Assembly (NCBI GenBank): GCA_965655095.1
Contig: OZ296659.1
Span: forward strand, 18,848,001-18,912,000
Direction: 5' to 3'
Length of the DNA stretch: 64,000 nucleotides
DNA from: Haplodiscus bocki
Lineage: Eukaryota
This document shows positions 42,701 to 57,700 of this stretch, piece by piece. Each line of letters starts with the position of its first letter. Position 1 is the stretch's first letter. The notes under the pieces are model-generated. The model did no database searches and was not told where the DNA came from. It saw nothing but the letters and a program-made list of their open reading frames with translations. The translations under genes were made by a program, and so were the position numbers.

Positions 42701-45700
42701 AACTATGGTCCAAACAAAAGTTTCTTAGAATTTTTTCTAGTTTACAAAGGTGTTTGCTTGAAACTTCTAAGATTACTATTACGGTAGTTTGGAAGATTTC
42801 TTATCTACAAGTATTAAGAGGAGTTTGGTTTTGCATCACAACTTTCGATGTTTTACGCATTTTAGACTCCATCTTTGTTTAGATTTAACATACCGTCAAG
42901 ATGCCCCATAAATACAGATGGCTCTCAAAAGTTGACAGTTCCCCGGTATTTACACTTTCAAAGAATATCAACAATCTTTGAAAAAAAACACTCATTACAA
43001 CATATTAACAACTTTCAGTTTGAAATTTTTCTCGAAGATTGTTGATTTTTTTGAAAGTGTAAACACTGGGGAGCTGTCATAAAATATAGAGATACCACAA
43101 TTTTTTAAATGTAAAAACAAAATAGTCTCTGCATGGTCACTAAAAAGGTATTTTTCGCCGAATATACGTTTCAAAATCAGCTGATTACATTTTCCAAACT
43201 AGAAGTTGCAGCAGTCTCAAAAAATTGCCACGGAAACCTTGCAAACAACAAATAAAACTATATTATAGCATCAGGAAGACATGTTTCATTTCATTAGTTA
43301 CAAGTTTGCAAACCGGTTAACCTTTTAAGTCCTGACGGCTTAACCGTAATAACAATGTAAACTAGATAAAATTCCAAAAAAAAATTGTTTCGACCATAAC
43401 TTGTGATTTTCAGTCGTTTTTGAGCATTAAGCTAACAAACTTATCGTTCCAATATTTATTCTAAAACAAAAGTTCCATTCCTTTATCACACTACTGTACA
43501 TAGCACATTATAAAGTACATGCCTTGTGTTGTCGGGCTGATAGGTAGATGCAAGCACACGCAATAGTCTCTGGAGAGAATCTCACAAAGATGTTCGTCCT
43601 CAACCCGTCATTCATGTAGTTCCTGCAACAAACAGCAAACCATTTGCAATTATATTTTGAAGCAGTATCTACACACTGCCAAATAATTCACGCTCTGCTT
43701 CAAAACATCTGTTCGGTGAGGATTCGTTAAATTTGAAATATAAATTATGATGGTCATATTTGAAGAAGGAGGCAACTAGGCAGACATTCCAATAACCAGA
43801 CGAGCCAAAAAGCTGAATAAATTATTTGAGTAAACTTCAATTCGAGCCCAGAAACTGTGAGAGTAAGCCATGGGTCAATTAGATAAGAAGTCGTTTTCTT
43901 TGATCAGATCGCTTTTTAGTTTCCTGTTTATTGACAAGTCTCTCCTTTACCTGTATTTCCGTATTTGCACTTAAGATGGAAATACTGACCATTTTTATAA
44001 CTCTTTTTTCCGTGCCAACATTTTGAACTAATGGAACCATTTACTTTTCTCGTAACAGAAAAAATATTGAAGTAAAGCATAGGTCTATAAAACAGTCTAA
44101 GGGTGCCTGAAATGAAAAAAAAATTAGTAAAAATCAAAAAAAAAGAAAAAGTTGTTTGCTGAATGGGTAGAGCTGCGCCAGTTTTGTTACTGTTGAGATC
44201 GCCTGAAAAGACACTCAAATTATTGCTAAACTTCAATCCAACGGAGCCTAAAGCCCACCATCGTGAAGTAATCGGGAGCCAATTTTTGGGATGGAGAGAT
44301 AATCAGTTTTAGTGAATCAGGTTTCAGACTTGCCTTAAGAAATTTCACACAGGAAAAGCTTTGACTGAGGAAAAATACTTTTTGGAATAAAGCTCAATCT
44401 CAATAAAACAATGTTTATTCCAAGTCACATATGATGGATGTGCTTTAAGGAATCCTCGAATTTTTAACACAGAGGCGAAGCGGAACCTCGCAACATATTC
44501 TGACTTATCAGTTCAAATCAAAAATCAAGTTGAGTTTAAAAGGCCATGAGAAACATTTGAACATTGATCGGATACATGATTGACGGCTTTAGAAAAACTG
44601 CACCATGTCTATCAAAAGGTTGGTCGAAAAATTCGAATTCAGACAAGTCCGTGTCACGGTGTCAAATACTAAAAGTTATCTGTCAATCATGTCATTTTAG
44701 ATTCTCCATTTTGCAGCCCAATGTTGCAACTTCAATTTTTTTCATCTCTGATGTCTTGTTTACTAAATGTGACCGTTTAAAAAGCTCGAAACTTTTACAT
44801 GTGAAATTTTTTGTGACGCCGAACACACTGCCCACATTCCCTCATACTCAAAATATTGTTATGTGACACAATACCTTCAAGAACACTGCCATTCATTTTT
44901 CAGACTACTGCTCAAAGATTTTGCACTTTCCAGAACCCAAAAATCAACAAATACTTTCCAACATCTTTCACAAAGAATATTTTTGACCGCTTAAACTAGA
45001 TGACAACACTCTCTGATGACGTCAAAATATACAAGTTTTGGACAGAATAAAACATGCATAAGCCGGTTTCCAAAACAGTCTTCCTGTCCCTTAGCTAGTA
45101 GATAAAAATAGTTAAGTGCTGTATCACTTTCAAACAAAAAAGGATTACAGAAAAGCGACATCAAGAATCAATGGCTACGCGAACTCAGCAATGAACAATT
45201 GTTTCTAAGATTAAACCACCAAAGGTGTAGAATCAATGATCAATGAAATGGGAAATTTTTCAAACTTCAAGGAAAAATACAGACTGCTGGCCTTCAGCAG
45301 AAATTATCAACTGCAGTAATGGTATCTCCAGTCAAAGGTTCCAGTCCCATGAAAATAGTTGAAAATCATTTTTCAAAACATCATTCTGCTTAACTAAAGT
45401 TTTCCAAAGTTCCAAGCTTAAATTGAATTATTAGTATGAGCATAAAGAGATGCTTGGATCTCAACAGATCTACGGAATTATGAGTAGTTAAATGGAAAGA
45501 AAATGATGGCAATCCGATCAAAAGTTGATGATAAAACCGTGGCTCGAGAAAGCTCATTATCCATTTCAGTGATCCCATCTTTTAGTTCGCTTCATTATCT
45601 ATACAAGGACATCAAGAAAAATAGTTTATTGCATTCCAGCAAATTCAACGATTTCCGGCAACCAATTTACTCTTGAAGAAACACCGAAGCAAGCAGATAT

Positions 45701-48700
45701 GAAAATTATTGCGAACATGCAATTGCCAGAAAAGAAACATGGATCTCACAAGCTGGCGTTAACAGCTTAAAACGGGATCGGTGCTTTTGTCGATCTGAAA
45801 GGGGCTTTCAATATAGTAGAGCACGAAAAACTTTCGCAAATTGAACGGATGGATTCGTGGTTCAGCCTCGTGTTTTGGCAATGATATCTTCATATCCCAG
45901 TAATTGAAAACAATTCGTGCAAACTAGCAAATGTTACTAAAGTACCTTGAGTATCTGCTATGGCCTGCCACAAGGAACGATTCTGGGACCAATTCTCGTT
46001 TTGATTCATATCAATGATATAAAGTGAGAAGCAACCCTTATATGTTATTTTATGCAGATAATACATCTACCACTAGAAGCAGTGGTCATATTAACACAGA
46101 GGCTAAGCTGTGTTTCGCAACACTTGCGCCAACGGAGCACTAATTAATTCGCCTTACATTCAACATTAAATTACCAATTCTCCAACTTTAATAGCTGTGC
46201 TCCTGTGCACACGGTCCAAGTTTCGAGACTAGGCCACTGCCTCCTCTTTGGTCAAAATCTAGGAACTGATGTCAGTTGTAAACGGATTGGAGAAAAATTG
46301 ACTGTTATAACACTTGCTTGCGCAAGTGTGACTAATGTTCAAAACTTTTGCACTTTTCAGAACGGGAAAATAAGCATGTACTTTCCAAAATGTTTCAAAA
46401 GGAGCCTTTCTGGCCGCTTAAACTAGATGACTAGACTCTGATGACGTCATAAAATACGAGTTTTGAACAGAATAAAAAACTACGCATAAGCCAGTTTCCT
46501 ATACACATTTTTTTTCAGTCAGAGTGTGTGAAAATAGAATGAACTTCGAGGAAAATTTTGAAATCCATTTACAAAACATGGTTACGCGTGGCTCGAAAGA
46601 CTTCGAAAATTTTCCTTTAAACACTTTTTTCCCAAACGCAACGTTTCCCACACTCTCCAGGGGGCCCAATCCCTTCACCTTTTAACCATGTCCGTTGAAA
46701 ATAATGAAAAGATTCAAATTGTTGATATCATTCCAAAGGTAATCAAGAAAACGTTTCAATCGCAAAAAAATCAAAACCGAATAACTACACTAATAAATCA
46801 ATATTCGTTCGCTAGTAATCATCTTATCGCATACTTAAAGATTTGAACTATCAGTTGGCATCTGTTATATGAGAGTCTCGAGATGAAACCCTATGCGTTA
46901 AGTCAACATTTTCCAGCTAAAATAACCCTTCTTCATTGGAATAATTTGAAATGGATATGGCAAAAACATTTGAACGAAGCAGGCCGATTTTGGTAAATCA
47001 GACAATCTCGGCGGTCTTCAGCTTTTCTCGAATATTTCATCCAAAAAATACATTAACGTTTCGGACATTTGTATGGCTTTGAAGCTCTTCTAAAATAAAT
47101 GATTCTCAACAACTTTTCCAAAAATCAAATCTTAAATAGTCCACGAATAGAAGGTAACGTGACATACCCTTGAAAAATCAGGACTGTTCAACTACGATGT
47201 CAAATATAGAAGGGGCGAGAATCGAACCCACCTCTTTCATACCTGCAAGCACACATGCTACCACTCAACTAATTGACCTGACATCATCAGTCATTATTCA
47301 TCTTCACATACCAACTGAGCACAGAAGTTAAATGCCATGCTCTCGGGTGATAATGGCGACGCGAGTAAAATAGGAAACTCAAAAAATATATTTCAGTTTA
47401 GGCACTGAAAATTCAACAAGCCGAGCGCAGCTCAAAGTGAGTGCTTCTAATCGCTCGCGCGTAAAACGTTAGTTAAACCATAAACAAGAGGTGCAGTGGC
47501 ACTGCCATATATTGAGCAATCAACAGCGCAAAAAATAACACAAAAAACAACTCAGCTCACAATTTCCAGGACAATTCTTTTGACTCAGTTCAGTTGAAAA
47601 TTTGGAAAACCATTGCCATTGAAACGTTTCAAAATTAGCAAACTAGGGTGAAAGTTGCATTTGACTTCTTTCGTGTTAAAAGAACATGTTTTTCTATCGC
47701 CTATGATACCTCACAACAATTAGATTCGGTTCTTTGCATTTTGGCCAGACAATAATTGAGTTGGCCGACAACCGAAGTGAATATCTTGCCGGTGGGGAAT
47801 GCCGCTAACGCGTAAATCTTTGAACAGGCAATTGTTTTTAACAAGTTGAACACTTCAAATAAAAATCAACAGAACTAAAGAAAAATTCGATAGTGGTTCA
47901 ATATCACTCCTTTTAGTTCCGTAAAGCAAAATAAGGCTCTGCAAAACACTCAGGCACCATGATATACTATCATCGAATTAGCATCAGTGATGTAAAACTA
48001 GCATTTTTCCTTTTTTTTCAAAGTAAAAAAATAAATAGCAATTTACTTTTTCATTGTCTACATACCTCACAGCGCTTGCAATATGCTACCATTACAAGTT
48101 TTTACTCAGGACTCAAGTTTGTTGAAAACTGAGTTCAGATCATTCACAGTGAGAGAAGCTGCAGAACTGTGAAAACTTAAAAGCATTATTTTTGAGTTTC
48201 TCCGAAAAAATCCGATTGAAAACGCGGAAAATGCCACACACACCGAATGTTGCTTTGAGCTGACCCTTCTTAAATTGCTGATGCAAATTATTGATAGCTC
48301 CGGTAATAATACTTTCATTTGAATTTTAGGAAAACGATTTAATTATCAATTCTCCTTGCTTAATTTTCAAATGGAGAGACAATTACTACTAGTGGATCGC
48401 CTTAGGCCGTCACAACTTTTATAATCAAATCTTCCTAACCTGCTATACAACAATTCAACTCGTCGGAGGCCGAGATGAAATTATTTTGGATTGGAAAGAC
48501 GCCAAAACTGATAAAATTCAAAAATCTATTCTGATATCGCCTATGAAAAACTCCACAAGGAATCCGGAGATTGCCAGATGCACCATACATTGGTTCGAAA
48601 TTACCCTTTTCATTTTGCTGAAGCAAAACAGAACTCTATTGGAAGCTCGGGTAGCTTTGAATTTAGGAAAACAAAGGTTGAAGAATCAGTTTCTCTTGGT

Positions 48701-51700
48701 TGTTTTCCAAATGAATAGAGACTTAATACTCTTGTTTCCTCTCGGATACCTCACCGCGGATAAAACTCTCGGATAAAGCTTAAAATGGGATAATCCGACT
48801 TGCTGGTTAACGACTGAGCTCGTCGAAGGCCGATGTGGGATTATTTACGGTACCAGAAGTGGAAAAACTGTGATCATTTAGAAAGCATTTATCTCTGATG
48901 CATTCTCTTGAAAAACTCACAATAACAACACGGAGAATGCCGCACACACCAAATATTGGTTCAAATTTCTGCTCAAACAGCTTAAGCAAAAGAGGCATCT
49001 TTTGAAAGCAGAGGTGTTATATTGTACCGATTTGAATTTAAGAAAACAAAGGTTCAAGTATTATTTTATCATTTTCCTTTGTCTTTTTTTCAAATGAGAA
49101 GACAACTAATACCCTTGGATATCTGACGACTCTCAACAGAGTGGTCTTTCTGACTTGCTAGACCACAACTGAGATCGAAACAAAACCGAAAAATTGTGAA
49201 AGTTCAGGAAAAAAGCATGTATTTCCGACTACATGCCGAACACTACAAATCGCAACACGCTTACAGCAAAAAGCACAAATTGCAACGACCCAGAAACAGA
49301 ATTACAGGAACTCTTTCCATGCTCGCTATCTTTTTGGTCGCAACTGTTACTGCCAGCCTGTTGCGTAACAACTTTCAAATTTTCGAAAATGCATACCCGG
49401 CACCGCTCGACTATGAAAACAACTGAATCAAAATAGGCCCCATAGTCTCTGAAATTTTAACAAGACCCTAGTGCTACCTAAGGGATATTCTTGCTCCCTG
49501 TTCTACACAACTTTCAACTTCAGATACTTTGAGACATTCCTAAGAAACCAACTTTCAGCCGAGAAAATGAAAAAATTCACAATATCTTCAATTATGCGAA
49601 ATCTCAGTGCTTCTCAGATGCCCCTAGAGTTTGCCTTTGCCCCTGTTTCATTGCGTTCAAAAAGAACAGCTTCTTTAGGTATTTCATCTTTTACCCGAGT
49701 ATTACCCAAAAATCACTGTGATATAAAAAAATAATCATTTCTATGGAGCCCTACTGCTTTCGAGGTTCTTCGTACAACAAACGAGTGAAAAAATTTGCTA
49801 AATTTGACAAAGATCTAAAACTGAGTACATCAATCAGAAAATTTGTAACTTTATGTTTTGAAAATTTTGAATAAGTAAGGAGATCTCATTTTTTTTCGAA
49901 ATCTTTGTAAGTAAAAACTTTGATGCTCACGGCATCTACAGCCTCTTCATAGCCCAGCAAAAAGTGGAACTAAGCCACTTTGAAGTAAATTGGCTTATCT
50001 ATTAAGAGCAGAGAAAAAATTGTGAATTAAATTGACGAAACTGAGAAAATTTGAAAATCTCAGGCAATCAATCACTCGATACATTCCTTATAGATCTGGC
50101 GGCATTCTCGCATGTTAGGCGGCAGTCACCGAGCATGATTATTATTTGCGGCCCATATTTATAAGAGGGAGAAAGAATTATCTAATCGTCGCGTGGGATT
50201 TTTAACGTAAACTTGCCAAGTGCACGATGTTGGCCAATAAATTGTAGCAAACGGTCACAGAGTTCAACTAGAATAGTAACAAAAAACTCTTCTAGGCAAA
50301 AATCTTTCAAAAAGTTTTTCTCCATGAGAAGTGATTGAAAATTTTCCTCCTGATGAGAAAAAGTTTTTCAGAATATTGTGTTTCATAAACGGGAAATTTA
50401 GATTTTTCGGCCACGAAGTTTTTCTGTAAATTTTGCAAGTATTTCACATTGTCACCATAGAAACGGCACTATCTGCAACATTTATAGATTTAATTTATTT
50501 GCAATGAAGACATTTTCGTTAAAGCATTAGACGATGACACTTCACATCATTATCCTCCGTTGGCCGACTCGAAATTAACGTTAGCAAATGGACTTGAAAA
50601 ACATTTTGGTTGAAAGGTGAACAAGAGACGCAGTCGCACGGCGAAAATTTCTGTCAACAAGGTTTGGAATTACTTCATCTACCATACAAAAATGATTTCC
50701 AGCAAACCTTTGACTAAATAGAAAGTTATCCATAGAGACCTTGTTGGATGAATTCAAGCCCGGAGCTTTAGAAAACAATAAGCTTGAATATCGATAAAAT
50801 ACCAATAGCAATTGAACTTTTCGGCAATTTCTGCCTATCATCAAATGTCTGATGCTTGTACAAAAATCAGAAAAATTCAAATCCAAGACCCTTCTACAGA
50901 TAAAAACTATCAATTAATACCTTGATGGCAGATTTCAAGAAAATAGCTATGGAGAAATGAGAATTTGAATATAGGGATATGTCAAAATTAATATAGTTTT
51001 TGGGATTTTTGGACAATCAAGATTCCAACGCAAAGATCAAAATCCATCATTTTTTGAATAGTCCTCCTCTAATAGACAGGTGTAGCTTGAGCCCTTGATG
51101 GAAGAATTCAAGCTCGTAGTGATGAAGAAATGAGAGTTCGAAAACCTATATATTTTTTGATTACCATTTTCGTTCGGTCACAAATCGGAAGCAAAGAAAA
51201 GAGATACGCCTTAAAGGCCCAGTGCTTGGATCACGGCAAGCACCTCCCAAAAAAAACAAGGAGACCCTGCCATCAGCTTTTAAGTGAAACTTCGGTGCTT
51301 CCCGGATTTGACATAAATCTAAGCTTTTGAAAAGAAGTCAGAATAAAAAGATTTCAATTATTTTCGGCGAAAACATCAAAAAAAATTGACTGCATCGAAA
51401 ATTTAGTGTGAGCTACATTGGAATGTCCCTAATATTAAAATGCCAAATTGGTTTTATTTTTAGTCCTTGCTTCCAGGATCAGGGACTATGGATGCACCCA
51501 AAAATAACAGGTACAGAATTGGAACCTAATTGTTATTTTTCGCAGTATATGTAATATACAAAAATTATTCATTCAGTACAGTGTACAGTGGGGTCAAATT
51601 TCTTTTTTTTTCAGTGCAAAACTGCTAACTCTTTTTATTTTTCAAAAAGAAATGACAGCAGTATGGTTAGGACAACAGCGTTCTCAAGCAGTAGGTTCCG

Positions 51701-54700
51701 GGTTCGAGTCTTTGTCGTGCCAAATATTTTTACGATTTTTCCTTAGCATTTTTTGATGCCCGAAATTAGTGAAGCACCAAAGGGTTCCTTTACGAAGTTT
51801 TTCGGCACTGTGAGACAAAAAATTTTCGACGGAAATTTGTGATACCCCCTATTATGCATAAAATTTTTCGATACCCCAAATTTTCTGAAACATTGAAGGG
51901 ATGCCCACGAAATTTTTCGGCACTATGAGACCAACAAAAATTTTTGACGGAAAAACGTGATACCTTTTTCATCCATAAAACATTTTGAAGCCAAAAATTT
52001 TCTCAAAAACAGTAGGATTCCCTTACGAAAGTTTTCGGCACTGTGAGACATAAAAAATTCGACTGAAAATCGTGATATGCCCCCTCTTATCCATAATTTT
52101 TTTTTGATACCAAAAAATTTCCGGAAAACGGAAGGGTGCCTGTACAAAGCTTTTCGTTTGGGTCATGTGAGACAAAAAGTTCCGACAAAACCGTGAAGCC
52201 CCCCCCTCCTATGCATGAAAATTTTTGATAAAGGAATTTTTCTGAAACACCAGAGCGTTCTCCAAGGAAACATTTCGGCACAGAGAGACAAAACATTTTC
52301 GACGGAAAATCTTGATACTCCCCCCCCCTCTTATCCAAACTTTCTCAATACCCGAAATTATTGCAACAGTAAAGGATTCCCCTACGGAAATTTTCGGCAC
52401 TGTGAGACAAAAAACTTTCGTCGGAAAATCTTGATTCCCCCCCCCCCCTCTTATCAAAACTTTTTCGATACCCGAAATTATCGAAACACAAAGGGATTCC
52501 CCCCTACGGAAATTTTCGGCACTGTGAGACAAAAACATTTCGATAGAAAATCTTGATACCCCCTCCCTCCTCTGTGATGCATAAAATTTTTCACTACCCG
52601 AAAATTTCTGATACACCGAAGTGTCCCCAACGAAATTTTTCGGTACTGTGAGGCAAAAAACTTTGAACGAAAAGTCGTGCATAGAATATAGAAATCAGTG
52701 GTGGAATTGATGTTTGTAGAAAACTTTCGCAAACTAGATTTTAAACAGTAGTCTCGTTTTTAACTGTGGGCAAAGGTTGATCAAAATATTTGTATTCCTG
52801 CGAAAAATATGCCGGTGCTAGCCGGCCGTCTTGTTACATTATTCAATAAGTTCTGACTTTTTAGACGTAAAGATAAAATGAAATTTGACAAAAAGTTCAA
52901 TATATCAAAAATAGCTCAATTTTAACGTTCCGCCGCCAAGAAAGCTAGCAAGGAAATTTCTGATCACAAGTTAGTAAATAAAAAAACTCTTATTACGCCA
53001 ATGGAGAGTCTGGTCCATTTTTTACAATTATCTATGAAGACATAGTACAAAAACTGACGAGAAAAATCAGAAGAGCCGAAAAAGCTCATCTCAGATTTTT
53101 TTGCTAAAAAAACCCATCGAAACAATCTATTTTGTGGCTGCAGCAAAAGCATAAAAGGCTATCGACTACAGTTTTCCATTTCTCCTGTTCAAAATATGGA
53201 TTCTTTCCGGAACTACTTCTAATTGCGTGCATCCAGTGACAATTCGAACTCAATGTGAGATGATTTTGCCTAATAGCATAGAAGGTTATTTTTTTTCATT
53301 CCGATTACTCTTGATGTAAAATTGAGAAGTCGAACATAATTTCAGTAGCATCGTTCGCTTTTGTTTCTCGGATTTTGCGTAACTTGTAATTAGAAAATCA
53401 AAGATTTAGAAGTTTCCACTCGCGCTGAAAATGCACTTCTTGGAATCTATCATTCGGCCTAGAGTTAACATCCCCGGTCCCGATCATCCGACAAGCAGCA
53501 GTCAAACTGCGATATTATCCGTCCAAGGGATGTAAAGATGACCGATGAACCATATAACAATTAGTTTTCGATTGAGACTTTCGGAAGAATTAAAGCATCT
53601 ATTTTCTTTTTTGACTCTTCAAGTGTAACTTTATTATAAATAAATTACGTTGAAACTTTACAGATGCGGAAGTGTTATAACGCAGGAAACTTTTCGAAAA
53701 ATCTGATTGAGAAGCTACGAAAGAACAAGTTGCAAATTTCGGCCTATCATGAAAAACCTGTTCTTGCAAAAACCAAGGAATTTCAATTCGAAGACCCTTC
53801 TACGCATAAAAAATTTCGATTACTACCTTGCTGAAAAAGTCAAGCCAAAAGTTATGAAATATGAACTTGAATATCGGGTTAAATCAGAAATCAAACTTTT
53901 TGGCCTTTTTGGACTATCAACATTCCCACCCAAGGATCAAGATCCGTGATTTTTTTAAATAGTCCTCCTCAAGTATAGACCTATCGATTGAGCACTTGAT
54001 GGAAGAACTCAAGCAGCTAGATTTGGAGAAGAGAGATGTGATAATTATTAACAATTCTGGCAATTTCGGTCACTCAGGATTCGAACACAAAGAGAAAAAA
54101 TGTTTTTTCTTGGGAAAGGTCCCCTTCAAGTAAGAGGTTGTCGACTAAGACCCTGATGGAAGAATTGAACAATTAGTTTTTGAGAAAAAGGAGTTTCAAC
54201 ATCCAGCAAAATCTATACTTTGCTCCTTTTGGAATGCAGGGATCTTAGGACAAGGTATTCCAGCAAAAACATTTTCGAAGTTAATGCTAGTTTAGGTTCC
54301 TGATGAACCAGTCTAGCGGAAGAAAAAAGAAACCAGAAAGCAGAAAAATTCAATTCTGCATATTCAACATCAACTTGACAATGATTTTTCCGGCTTTTTT
54401 GAAAAACTGCATTCTAAGTGCCCACAGGAATGAGCTATGATTTCTTTCGGAAATTTCGCACGTCTACATACTGAGTATGCTTTTCTTTTTGTAATAAAGA
54501 TGACGATCGAAAGGAAAAAAGACATGATTCATACTGAATGTGTCTACACGCTGCGCGCTTAACAATTTTGGCAATGATTTGAAGGATGTCGTACCCAACA
54601 AAATTCTATAAATTTACCTCAGAAAAAGACATACATGTGCCCGTCAATTAGCTTGTAGATTAAAACAGTAAGTGCTGAATCACTGTCAAACAAAAAAGAA

Positions 54701-57700
54701 TTGCAGAAAAAGACATCAAGAATCAATGGCTACGCGAACTCAGCAATGAACAATTGTTTCTAAGATTAAACCACCAAAGGTGTAGAATCAATGATCAATG
54801 AAATGGGAAATTTTTCAAACTTCAAGGAAAAATACAGACTGCTGGCCTTCAGCAGAAATTATCAACTGCAGTAATGGTATCTCCAGTCAAAGGTTCCAGT
54901 CCCAGGAAAATAGTTGAAAATCATTTTTCAAAACATCATTCTGCTTAACTAAAGTTTTCCAAAGTTCCAAGCTTAAATTGAATTATTAGTATGAGCATAA
55001 TGAGATGCTTGGACCTCAACAGATCTACGGAATTATGAGTAGTTGAATGGAAAGAAAATGATAGCAATCCGATCAAAAGTTGATGATAAAACCGTGGCTC
55101 GAGAAAGCTCATTTAAAATACTTACTATGTGAAGCAACCCTTATATGTTATTTTATGCAGATAATACATCTACCACTAGAAGCAGTGGTCATATTAACAC
55201 AGAGGCTAAGCTGTGTTTCGCAACGCTTGCGCCAACGGAGCACTAATTAATTCGCCTTACATTCAACATTAAATTACCAATTCTCCAACTTTAATAGCTG
55301 TTCTCCTGCGCAAACGGTCCAAGTTTCGAGACTACGCCACTGCCTCCTCTTTGGTCAAAATCTAGGAACTGATGTCAGTTGTGAATGGATCGAAAAAAAT
55401 AAGACCGTTAAAACACTTGCAACAAACTGGGCGAGGAGATGAGACATGTCAAACAATGGTTCGATGAAACTTAACTATGAATTTCACACGGACAAAATTC
55501 ATGACTTTCTCAAGAAGAAATGCATAAATGAATTGCATGAATATATGAGACTTAGGTATCAATTTTTAGGAGAAACTTTGATTTCGTTATATGTCATATT
55601 TATTGTGCGGTAAATTGCGGGACCTTGTGCAGTCATTTTCTGAATGCGTGAAATAATCATAGAGGGCATTTACTGCAGTAGTACAATTCATTTGTGAGCA
55701 ATTATTCAAAGTGGTGTTCTAATGTACGGTTGCGCAAAGAAGTCAATTCTCCAAAAAATCCTTACTCAAATGCGATGCATCAGAGCAACTTCCAGAAAAG
55801 CTAAGACTGGATTACGGGAATCATGTTGGCAAATAAGATTTATACTGAGTTGAAATGAACAAAGTTGAATGGATTGACTCGTATAAATATTTCATCAACT
55901 ATTAGCTCCTTAACAAATAAAAGAGTCTCTGATACACCTTTTATTCGTAAGTTTATAAATTGCTCGTACACCAAAACAATTTTGCGAAATATTAAACAAC
56001 ATATCCATATTCGGAAAGTTTTCTGCAAGATCAGTACCATGCATTGATGTCAATTTCTTCAAGCTGTTTTATTGACGCAATCCACTTGATTTTTTGTGGC
56101 TATGCGGATAATGCAAATGAAATTGAATTCTTGCACACTGGCCATAACATTACATTCTCCAAACTCATCGTAGCTCTCGGTAATCGTTAAGACCTAGTGA
56201 CCTCTAGTCGAGGGGTTCAGGCAGTGAGCTACGCGGAGTTAAATATCCGGACACAGTTGGATTACCGGTATTCTTTCATCTGGACTCTTCCTCATCCCTA
56301 CTTTAATGCGTCGATTTACTCTGTCGATTTATGACTGTGCTTCAATTTATCACATTTTACATATAAGAAGAAATTTTACTCATCCAAAATTAAAAAGAAT
56401 GAAGTCTTTCATCTATCATTTTTGCTCTTTTTCTAATTTCTGAAGCTAACTTGAATACGATCACTTTAATTTGGGCCAGCCCAGTAGGGCCACTGCATGT
56501 GGCTGGTCCTAGATTGGCTGTCATTATCTTCAATTACTGCCATAGATGTGAATATTTTCAATTTCTCAAGTTATTATTTGGAAAGTTCAAAAAATATTAA
56601 TAATAAAAAACCAAAATCATAACTTTATTTAATTTTCTTTCAAATGTGCACTTTTTCATTCCTCTCGTATTTATAGCAGAATCTGAGCGGCGGGAAATAT
56701 TCAGGTACCAGGCCAGGCGCATATTTAATGAAAACTCGCGAACGTATTTGACACCAATTCGTTTAAATTCCACAAATATTTGCCGCATATAAATCTGAAC
56801 GCAAAATCATTTTCTAGTGAAATAAATTCAAAAACGATCAATTTCGAATGAGCACAATTGAGAATTTTTTGTGCAATAATATCTCATACTAATGGAAGAC
56901 ACAAACCAGTACCATTTAGATCAATATGGACGCAGTAAACAGTGCTCAATATATCATGAGACTGTTCAAAATTTTGTTTTTTTTTGTCCGCGAAGTCGGC
57001 GGCGACACAGTAATTCAAAATATTTGCTTGCAGACATTCCCATCAAGAGTTAGCCTCATTATTGATTCGTACGGCTTCCACCTATCATATTGGAACCATT
57101 GAGTGGTTTGATCTATCTTATGATAGGAAAATGACTGCACACAAAACGATTTTTTTCAAGAAGTACAATTTGAATCATTTTTGCTATGAGAATGCATAGC
57201 TAACGTTAAGAAATTAAAACTGAACTTTTCGTTGAGCACATACACGAGCTTCGAGCCTTTGAAGTATACATTCGCCCTACAATTTGTATCAATTGATATG
57301 AAATTGATGAACACCGGAATTGAAAGTTTTTTTCCGGGGTAATCGCTTATTTTATTACGATGATACTTCGAAATATTCCCTAAATTTATTATGATACATC
57401 GAAATGAAAATTCAGATTACATAAAGCTCCAATAGCCACTTTCTCCACTTTCTTGGGAATGTAATGTATGGCTCCCGATACACAACCACAGATGTTGGGT
57501 AATTTGTTAACAATTTAATAAACAAGTAGAGTGTGAACATTGTTGGCACAGATAGGGGAGGAGAAAGCGAGCAGTGGGTAGTTGCTTTGCTTCTCTCTTC
57601 AATTGATTCTATTGGTCGACCCGAGAACCAATCAAACTCATTGCAGCACTGATGGCCGTCGTCACCCACCGCATGGTGGCGTCCGACAAGATGAGATCAG

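Noticed and set aside
51790-52732. Several ORFs with repeated FCLTVPK motifs
   Set aside because: They are translations of the ~120-bp tandem repeat on both strands, not genes.
56470-56515. GC-rich hairpin in cyclin L intron as a snoRNA or miRNA
   Set aside because: Single short stem with no convincing C/D or H/ACA boxes.
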